NCBI RefSeq assembly: GCF_006345805.1
Contig: NC_043005.1
Coordinates: 75,082,001 to 75,146,000, forward strand
Source of the DNA: Octopus sinensis
Taxonomy: Eukaryota
Direction: 5' to 3'
Length of the DNA: 64,000 nt
Below the pieces are notes generated by a model, which saw only the letters and a list, made by a program, of their open reading frames with translations, was not told the DNA's origin and ran no database searches. This document shows positions 61,201 to 64,000 of this stretch, piece by piece. The first letter of the stretch is position 1, and each line of letters opens with the position of its first letter. Position numbers and translations under genes: made by a program.

Positions 61201-63049
61201 TGAAGAGAGCAGAACTTGTCAAGGACCTCATATTGCAAGACATCTTGGTGCATTGTCATCTCTTTTGTAAGGTCCAACATACTGAGATCGGTACTCACTG
61301 CTTCTCCCTATGTCTTCCTGGCTCTCTTCCACAAGTGACATCCACACACAGTGATCAGAACCTCTTTATAAAGCTGTCTTCATTTATACACATCCCATGT
61401 CCAAAACAATGTAGCCCTTCTGCTTGCATGCTGCATTTGATTCCACTTATGCCCAACTTTTCTCTCAACACATTTGCGCTTTTTCCTACATACACACTGA
61501 TGTTGCATATCCAGTGGAGCATACTATCTTCATTTTTTTCAAGGTTACGCAGGTCTTCTACATTTAGAACCCAAGTGTCACTACCATGGAGTATAACCAT
61601 TCATACACAAGCATCATTCAATCTACCTATATATATATATCATCATCACCATCATCGTTTAACGTCCGCTTTCCATGCTAACATGGGTTGGACGATTTGT
61701 CTGAGGACTGGCGAACCAGGTGGCTGCACCAGGCTCCAATCTTAATCTGGCAGTGTTTCTACAGCTGGATGCCCTTCCTCATGCCAATCACTCTGAGAGT
61801 GTAGTGGGTACTTTTGCGTGCCAGTCGGCCGGTATTGGCAACACCCACGCTCAAATGGTGTTTTTTACGTGCCACCTGCATAGGAGCCAGTCCAATATAC
61901 ATACATCAATCTTTTCATATATTTTGCTGTCATAATACATTTTCTTCTAAACTGTCACCATTTCTTTTCATATCTAGAATAATGCAAAAGATGATATTGT
62001 CAAAATTCCATTTGGTACAACATCAAACACAGTGAAAATCCACTTTAAAGCTGTTTCACCAAATCGCAGAATGTTAATCACAGTATCTTTTAATGGATGC
62101 TTTGAATCATCATGTAAGTATACGTTGGTTCAATGTCAAACAATATTTTGTCATCTAAATTTTGTGATTTTTACATTATTTATTCATCTGTAGACTGTTA
62201 GATGCAAAACAATAATAATTATAAATACGAAATATTTTTATTACGAATGTCATGTTTGGGCATAATCATTGGTCATGTGATGATTATAAATATTAGTTAT
62301 TTCTATACCTGATGTGCTGTTTATATGTTTTTATTCTTTCTATTTGACCTAACACCATTTATTATAACATTTATTTTTTGTTCTTGTAGCAACAACACCA
62401 GCTCCAACAACAATAATTCCTACGACAACACCTCTATTAACAAGTAAGTGACAATATACATTAGCTAACATATATTAAACTCATTTGTGAAAAACACTTT
62501 ATGTAACATATATAATTGTTTTTTTTAAATTGGAACACAGTACATTATGAAATAATATGCATATATTTATGAACTCTATATGTTGGATGGTAAATGAAAG
62601 TTTATTTTATTTCATTTAAATTTTAGCCACAATTATTCCAACAACAACTCAACCAATAACAACACAAACAGGTAAATTATTTCTCTTACATAGAAATATT
62701 ACCGTTCTTTAAAATTGTAATAATGTTCATGAATGTAATGATATTCTGTTGATTGTGTTTTATTCTTTGATATTATTTTCTAGAATCCTGGTGTGTATTC
62801 AACGATGGTTTGGAAGACCCCACATTAATAAGGTCCTGGAGTATTAAATTATCAAGCAATGATGAAAATCCAGATGTTATTCGCCCTGGTTTCAAAGGCT
62901 GGAAACCTGCTGCAGGTGATAATAAGCGCACAGTAACAATGTTTGTTGGTGATGCTTTAAGATATGGTGCATCTATTCATCTCTTGCGATCCAAAGGTGT
63001 TGCAAAGTTCGATGTTTTCCTCAGTAGTGGAGAGAATAAGAGATTTAAG
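1724..63049 (+). CDS. Partial (5' and 3' open) multi-exon gene: LDLa plus 18 tandem F5/8C/discoidin-like domains with Thr/Pro linkers; mucin/SCO-spondin/hemocytin-like giant extracellular protein
   Basis: 66 exons, each with a pyrimidine-tract/AG acceptor and GT donor. Phases chain consistently and the summed length 8770 nt = 1 + 2923 codons. The domain pattern C..G.ED...I....I..SS.......IRPG..GW.P...(beta strands)...V.V.F.GC matches the FA58C outline by eye. Confidence 0.88.
3535..3576 (+). CDS. 42-nt linker exon (ESISAKAPNYQRPK)
   Basis: Long pyrimidine tract ttttag|AATCC...CTAAAG|gtttgt; phase 1-1, open frame. Confidence 0.7.
3840..4407 (+). mobile_element. RTE-LINE-related 3' end / SINE family 3 with (GAT)n tail
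   Basis: Recurrent motif ggaagggcatccagctgtagaaac...agcatggaaaacagacgttaaacgatgatgat; copies near 19680, 24260, 28000, 48555, 55580 and 61640. Confidence 0.65.
4815..5568 (-). mobile_element. Three head-to-tail family-2 SINE copies separated by (TAC)/(TAG)/(TAA) microsatellites
   Basis: ggcacaag..aaattttgggg..gaaaggcaaagt..atttgaactcagaatgta..ctaagcatttc repeated at about 4815, 5071 and 5357. Confidence 0.75.
6562..7013. mobile_element. piggyBac-type (TTAA) MITE with an internal insertion
   Basis: ttaa|cccttt ... aaaggg|ctaa; body is the reverse complement of 44761-44956. Confidence 0.65.
7819..8442. mobile_element. Foldback non-autonomous DNA transposon with long inverted arms, a degenerate TTAGGG core and an 8-bp TSD
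   Basis: ggatctttaccttttgacctacagattt ... aaatctgtaggtcaaaaggtaaaaatcc; tgattttt at 7811-7818 and 8443-8450. Confidence 0.85.
8686..8966 (+). CDS. Exon A0: N-terminal part of divergent discoidin-like domain D0
   Basis: ttcag|AAAAA...TACAAG|gtaact; KPVCKFTNIMKDPDILPTSAIKASS..DIRPGERLWYS..ITIDI; homologous to the later A exons. Confidence 0.88.
9370..9670 (-). mobile_element. SINE family 1 (diverged)
   Basis: Reverse-complement similarity to 1153-1557. Confidence 0.65.
9689..10074 (+). mobile_element. SINE family 2: full copy plus an adjacent 5'-truncated copy
   Basis: ggcggcaagctggcagaaacgttagc head; second body begins tacgttctgagttcaaat at about 9926. Confidence 0.75.
10293..10425 (+). CDS. 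Exon B0: C-terminal part of D0
   Basis: ttttag|GCT...CCAA|gtaagt; 133 nt, phase 0 to 1; ANTRQGVNLYDKTATHMKLNLFPIDIKQCTATEVSIFACISESP. Confidence 0.85.
11757..11810 (+). CDS. Thr/Pro microexon (54 nt, xTTPEVTTILTPTTFLPT)
   Basis: taatag|TG...ACCA|gttagt; phase 1-1. Confidence 0.78.
12729..12997 (+). CDS. Exon A1 (269 nt), domain D1
   Basis: tgtag|AATCATGG...TATATG|gtaagt; SWCIFNDGLADHTLIRNSDIDLSS..KKYM. Confidence 0.9.
14202..14417. mobile_element. piggyBac-type MITE (second family)
   Basis: ttaa|ccctttagcatt ... aatgtaaaggg|ttaa; inverted relative at about 55310-55530. Confidence 0.75.
15834..15969 (+). CDS. Exon B1 (136 nt)
   Basis: ttccag|GCA...CTAA|gtaagt; ANLKGSVVKIPFGTTSTTVKISFKGVAGDCDMAVTVSLKGCFESL. 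Confidence 0.9.
15990..16362 (-). mobile_element. SINE family 1 (diverged)
   Basis: Reverse-complement similarity to 1153-1557. Confidence 0.65.
16648..16822 (+). pseudogene. Decayed partial repeat unit: degenerate microexon, short intron and first ~20 nt of an A exon
   Basis: Paralogous to 17637-17820: ttttagCT.., atgatgtttaaaaggcact, aaatttcttctgtagAATCTTGGTG, after which homology stops. Confidence 0.6.
16970..17405 (+). mobile_element. Degenerate RTE-clade LINE 3' fragment
   Basis: Remnant peptides VLLYGAETW, RKKWKWIG and ALQWNPDGYRRRGRPKNLW, with stops and frameshifts. Confidence 0.7.
17637..17684 (+). CDS. Thr/Pro microexon (48 nt, xTTPLPTSTVQPTTAT)
   Basis: ttttag|CT...ACAG|gtatga; phase 1-1. 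Confidence 0.85.
17797..18065 (+). CDS. Exon A2 (269 nt)
   Basis: ctgtag|AGTCTTGG...TTCAAG|gtgagt; paralog of A1. Confidence 0.9.
18976..19043. repeat. (TA)n microsatellite, one of many TA/CA/CT/CAT tracts
   Basis: Direct reading; similar tracts at 2130, 33600, 39290, 57770, 58100 and 63260. Confidence 0.95.
19256..19391 (+). CDS. Exon B2 (136 nt)
   Basis: tacag|GCA...CGAT|gtaagt; ANMKDSVVKIPFGTTSSTIKIYLQGVPGDCDMAVTVSIKGCFESR. Confidence 0.9.
20491..20538 (+). CDS. Thr/Pro microexon (48 nt, xTTPLPTTTAQHTTAT)
   Basis: ttttag|CT...ACAG|gtataa. Confidence 0.83.
20651..20919 (+). CDS. Exon A3 (269 nt)
   Basis: ctgtag|AG...CAAG|gtaagt; nearly identical to A2. Confidence 0.9.
22120..23035 (+). 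mobile_element. LINE (RTE-like) AP-endonuclease fragment; ORF 22120-22977
   Basis: EEP motifs LNIGTL, CCLQEVRW, IYAPQ, VAGDFNGHVG and QSDYIL; ends with stops and has no RT. Confidence 0.88.
23126..23261 (+). CDS. Exon B3 (136 nt)
   Basis: tatag|GCT...CGAT|gtaagt; same peptide as B2. Confidence 0.9.
23616..23663 (+). CDS. Thr/Pro microexon (48 nt)
   Basis: tttag|CT...ACAG|gtatga. Confidence 0.85.
23776..24044 (+). CDS. Exon A4 (269 nt)
   Basis: tgtag|AG...TACATG|gtgagt. Confidence 0.9.
24908..25043 (+). CDS. Exon B4 (136 nt)
   Basis: atccag|GTA...CGAT|gtaagt; VNLKDSVVKIPFGTTSTTVKISFKGVAGDCDMAVTVSIKGCFESR. Confidence 0.9.
25643..25687 (+). CDS. Thr/Pro microexon M2 type (45 nt, xTPIPTTTLRPTTQT)
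   Basis: tttcag|CC...ACAG|gtaaac. Confidence 0.86.
25796..26061 (+). CDS. Exon A5 (266 nt, second subfamily)
   Basis: tctag|AATCCTGG...TTTAAG|gtgaga; SWCVFNDGLEDASFIRAWDIKLSS..NNRFK. Confidence 0.9.
27745..27880 (+). CDS. Exon B5 (136 nt)
   Basis: atccag|AAC...AGGT|gtaagt; NIEKDAVVKIPFGTTSDTVKIHFVSDSPNCKMIVTVSFKGCFESR. Confidence 0.9.
28670..28723 (+). CDS. Microexon M1 (54 nt, xTTPVPTTILPTTTPLPT)
   Basis: atatag|CA...ACAA|gtaagt. Confidence 0.86.
28885..28929 (+). CDS. Microexon M2 (45 nt)
   Basis: cttag|CC...ACTG|gtaaga. Confidence 0.86.
29059..29324 (+). CDS. Exon A6 (266 nt)
   Basis: tctag|AA...TAAG|gtgagt. Confidence 0.9.
30125..30690 (-). mobile_element. CR1/L2-like LINE 3' fragment
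   Basis: Minus ORF 30272-30529 (LFKLHLSNTHGHVYKVRKQHSSHDIRKHFFMLRVAEVWNKL) and a (TAT)n tail. Confidence 0.7.
30888..31023 (+). CDS. Exon B6 (136 nt)
   Basis: atccag|AAC...AGGT|gtaagt. Confidence 0.9.
31585..31638 (+). CDS. Microexon M1 (54 nt)
   Basis: catag|CA...ACAA|gtaagt. Confidence 0.86.
31799..31843 (+). CDS. Microexon M2 (45 nt)
   Basis: tttcag|CC...ACAG|gtaaac. Confidence 0.86.
31952..32217 (+). CDS. Exon A7 (266 nt)
   Basis: tctag|AA...TAAG|gtgagt. Confidence 0.9.
33128..33263 (+). CDS. Exon B7 (136 nt)
   Basis: atccag|AAT...GGGT|gtaagt. Confidence 0.9.
33440..33912 (+). mobile_element. SINE family 1 insertion unique to unit D7
   Basis: Matches 1153-1557; absent at the paralogous position after B8 and B9. 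Confidence 0.8.
34304..34357 (+). CDS. Microexon M1 (54 nt)
   Basis: catag|CA...ACAA|gtaagt. Confidence 0.86.
34553..34597 (+). CDS. Microexon M2 (45 nt)
   Basis: tttcag|CC...ACAG|gtaaac. Confidence 0.86.
34706..34971 (+). CDS. Exon A8 (266 nt)
   Basis: tctag|AA...TAAG|gtgagt. Confidence 0.9.
35912..36047 (+). CDS. Exon B8 (136 nt)
   Basis: atccag|AAC...GGGT|gtaagt. Confidence 0.9.
36590..36643 (+). CDS. Microexon M1 (54 nt)
   Basis: catag|CA...ACAA|gtaagt. Confidence 0.86.
36868..37049. mobile_element. MITE-like element with perfect 26-bp inverted repeats
   Basis: gagtggttgtgtaaagtcaacataac (36868-36893) / gttatgttgactttacacaaccactc (37024-37049). Confidence 0.75.
37136..37180 (+). CDS. 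Microexon M2 (45 nt)
   Basis: tttag|CC...ACAG|gtaaac. Confidence 0.86.
37293..37558 (+). CDS. Exon A9 (266 nt)
   Basis: tctag|AA...TAAG|gtgagt. Confidence 0.9.
38503..38638 (+). CDS. Exon B9 (136 nt)
   Basis: atccag|AAC...GGGT|gtaagt. Confidence 0.9.
39209..39262 (+). CDS. Microexon M1 (54 nt)
   Basis: atatag|CC...ACAA|gtaagt. Confidence 0.86.
39498..39542 (+). CDS. Microexon M2 (45 nt)
   Basis: tttcag|CC...ACAG|gtaaac. Confidence 0.86.
39656..39921 (+). CDS. Exon A10 (266 nt)
   Basis: tctag|AA...TAAG|gtgagt. Confidence 0.9.
40377..40512 (+). CDS. Exon B10 (136 nt)
   Basis: atccag|AAC...AGGT|gtaagt. Confidence 0.9.
41056..41112 (+). CDS. Microexon M1 (57 nt)
   Basis: catag|CA...ACAA|gtacgt; one extra Thr codon. 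Confidence 0.82.
41170..41545 (-). mobile_element. SINE family 1
   Basis: Reverse complement of the 45018-45448 type. Confidence 0.8.
41652..41696 (+). CDS. Microexon M2 (45 nt)
   Basis: tttag|CC...ACAG|gtaaag. Confidence 0.86.
41816..42081 (+). CDS. Exon A11 (266 nt)
   Basis: tctag|AA...TAAG|gtgagt. Confidence 0.9.
42640..42868. repeat. Interspersed repeat with terminal hairpin (possibly Helitron/Helentron-like non-autonomous)
   Basis: tacctctgcc-ttcgctaa-ggtggaggta stem-loop at about 42839-42866; GC-richer than the flanks; family assignment is a guess. Confidence 0.35.
43139..43274 (+). CDS. Exon B11 (136 nt)
   Basis: atctag|AAT...GCAT|gtaagt; NNAKDAVVKIPFGTTANTVKIDFKGVSPNCKMIVTVSFKGCFESA. 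Confidence 0.9.
44562..44618 (+). CDS. Microexon M1 (57 nt)
   Basis: catag|CA...ACAA|gtatgt. Confidence 0.84.
44761..44956. mobile_element. piggyBac-type MITE
   Basis: ttaa|ccctttc ... gaaaggg|ttaa, intact TTAA on both sides. Confidence 0.8.
45018..45448 (+). mobile_element. SINE family 1 (young, CpG-rich copy)
   Basis: ggcgcaggagtggctgtgtggtaagtagc ... gaaacaagtaaaagagtaaaagag. Confidence 0.85.
45641..45685 (+). CDS. Microexon M2 (45 nt)
   Basis: tttag|CC...ACAG|gtaaag. Confidence 0.86.
45800..46065 (+). CDS. Exon A12 (266 nt)
   Basis: tctag|AA...TAAG|gtgaga. Confidence 0.9.
48286..48421 (+). CDS. Exon B12 (136 nt)
   Basis: atctag|AAT...CAGT|gtatgt; NNAKDDIVKIPFGTTSNTVKIHFKAISPNNRMVVTVSFKSCFESQ. 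Confidence 0.88.
49694..50286. mobile_element. Degenerate TA-flanked (Tc1/mariner-pogo-like) MITE with an internal ~55-bp duplication
   Basis: Imperfect termini catatatactggagta / taccccagcatatacag; cactcacatagatc.tatgg.tct repeated at about 49840 and 49920. Confidence 0.45.
50547..50600 (+). CDS. Microexon M1 (54 nt)
   Basis: catag|CA...ACAA|gtatgt. Confidence 0.85.
50945..50989 (+). CDS. Microexon M2 (45 nt)
   Basis: tttag|CC...ACAG|gtaaag. Confidence 0.85.
51094..51359 (+). CDS. Exon A13 (266 nt)
   Basis: tctag|AG...TAAG|gtgagt. Confidence 0.9.
52318..52453 (+). CDS. Exon B13 (136 nt)
   Basis: gtctag|AAT...GCAT|gtaagt; ..HFRAVSPKCRMLITVSFEGCFESA. Confidence 0.9.
54183..54236 (+). CDS. 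Microexon M1 (54 nt)
   Basis: catag|CA...ACAA|gtaagt. Confidence 0.86.
54550..54594 (+). CDS. Microexon M2 (45 nt)
   Basis: tctag|CC...ACAG|gtaaag. Confidence 0.86.
54706..54971 (+). CDS. Exon A14 (266 nt)
   Basis: tctag|AA...TAAG|gtgagt. Confidence 0.9.
56203..56338 (+). CDS. Exon B14 (136 nt)
   Basis: atctag|AAT...CAGT|gtaagt. Confidence 0.9.
56919..56975 (+). CDS. Microexon M1 (57 nt)
   Basis: cacag|CA...ACAA|gtatgt. Confidence 0.84.
57139..57183 (+). CDS. Microexon M2 (45 nt)
   Basis: tccag|CC...ACAG|gtaaag. Confidence 0.86.
57296..57561 (+). CDS. Exon A15 (266 nt)
   Basis: tttag|AA...TAAG|gtgagt. Confidence 0.9.
58714..58849 (+). CDS. Exon B15 (136 nt)
   Basis: acccag|AAT...TCAT|gtaagt. 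Confidence 0.9.
59517..59570 (+). CDS. Microexon M1 (54 nt)
   Basis: catag|CG...ACCA|gtaagt. Confidence 0.86.
59744..59788 (+). CDS. Microexon M2 (45 nt)
   Basis: ttcag|CA...ACAG|gtaaat. Confidence 0.86.
59901..60166 (+). CDS. Exon A16 (266 nt)
   Basis: tctag|AA...TAAG|gtgagt. Confidence 0.9.
60390..61890 (-). mobile_element. Cluster of RTE-LINE/SINE-3 remnants
   Basis: Minus-strand remnant ILHGSDTWVLNVEDLRNLEKNEDSMLHWICNIS; (CAT)n tails at about 60380 and 61640. Confidence 0.6.
61978..62113 (+). CDS. Exon B16 (136 nt)
   Basis: atctag|AAT...TCAT|gtaagt. Confidence 0.9.
62390..62443 (+). CDS. Microexon M1 (54 nt)
   Basis: tgtag|CA...ACAA|gtaagt. Confidence 0.86.
62627..62671 (+). CDS. Microexon M2 (45 nt)
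   Basis: tttag|CC...ACAG|gtaaat. Confidence 0.86.
62784..63049 (+). CDS. Exon A17 (266 nt); its B exon is expected beyond the window
   Basis: tctag|AA...TAAG|gtgagt. Confidence 0.9.
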
Positions 63050-63288
63050 GTGAGTTTTAATGAGCTCTACTTGTGAAATTATATTATCTCAGGAAACACA
63101 ATATTGATAAAGACTAATTTATTATTTATTGTGGTGTATTTATATGAAACAAGATGTCATATTAGACATGGTTATGTTTGAAATTTACTTTGCAATACCA
63201 CAATTATGAATTTCTTTTTACTGCATGGCACTGAGGACATATACTTTCCACTATTCTAATATATATATATATATATACACATATATAT

Positions 63289-63325
<37 letters not shown>

Positions 63326-63329
63326 CATA

Positions 63330-63496
63330 CAGGAGTGGCTGTGTGGTAAATAGCTTGCTTACCAACCACATGGTTCTGGGTTCAGTCCCACTGCGTGGCA
63401 TCTTGGGCAAGTATCTTCTGCTATAGCCTCGAACCGACCAATGCCTTGTGAGTGGATTTGGTAGACAGAAACTGAAAGAAGCCCATCGTATATATG

Positions 63497-63532
<36 letters not shown>

Positions 63533-63770
63533 GTGTGTGTGTGTGTGTGTGTATATATGTTTGTGTGTGTGTGTTTGTCCCCCTAGCATTGCTTGACAAC
63601 TGATGCTGGTGTGTTTATGTCCCCTGTCACTTAGCTGTTCGACAAAAGAAACCGATAGAATAAGTACTGGGCTTACAAAGAATAAGTCCCGGGGTTGATT
63701 TGCTCGACTAAAGACGGTACTCCAGCATGGCCGCAGTCAAATGACTGAAACAAGTAAAAGAGTAAAAGAG
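63330..63770 (+). mobile_element. SINE family 1
   Basis: Matches 45018-45448. Confidence 0.85.
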
Positions 63771-63853
63771 TATACATATATACATATATATGTATGTGTT
63801 ACATATATGAATATATATATACATATATATATCTATACATATCTATCTATCTG

Positions 63854-63886
<33 letters not shown>

Positions 63887-64000
63887 TATATATAAACGGC
63901 AGTTTGTCTGTGTGTGTTTCTGTGTGTCTGTTAGCTTGCACCCTCACCCTGACCACGGCTTTCAACCGATTCTGATGAAACTTAACACACACATGGCCCA

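Noticed and set aside
17637-63049. CRISPR-like or bacterial defence/diversity system suggested by regular repeats
   Set aside because: The repeats are kb-scale exon-intron units in eukaryotic DNA. There is no short repeat-spacer array, cas gene, operon or intact RT.
12755-63076. Repeated 85-150 aa ORFs (MADHTL.., MEDASL..) read as a tandem family of small single-exon genes
   Set aside because: Most start at a TTG Leu codon 26 nt inside an exon, and conservation stops exactly at GT donors. They are internal exons of one gene.
1933-63599. Many short ORFs rich in YI/HT/CV runs or shared ..LPNPLTR../..EDTCPRCH.. peptides
   Set aside because: They are translations of microsatellites and SINE bodies.

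Overview
AT-rich eukaryotic genomic DNA, not prokaryotic. Dense microsatellites and the tRNA-derived SINE and RTE-LINE families make a coleoid cephalopod (Octopus-like) origin likely; this is an inference. The window lies inside one large + strand intron-rich gene whose start and stop codons are outside the window. I could chain 66 GT-AG exons (1724-63049, 8770 coding nt, about 2920 aa) with consistent phases. The chain encodes a Cys-rich VWC/TILa-like tail and an LDL-receptor class A domain, followed by 18 tandem copies (D0-D17, the last incomplete) of a divergent ~135-aa F5/8 type C (discoidin)-like domain. Each domain is split over an A exon (phase 1 to 0) and a B exon (phase 0 to 1), and domains are separated by 45-57 nt Thr/Pro-rich mucin-like microexons. 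The product looks like a giant beads-on-a-string lectin-like/mucin protein, possibly related to SCO-spondin, hemocytin or gel-forming mucins, built by tandem duplication of a frame-symmetric exon cassette. Introns carry SINEs, LINE fragments, TTAA-type MITEs and a foldback element with a telomere-like core. Most ORFs in the supplied track are exon read-throughs, antisense shadows or repeat noise.
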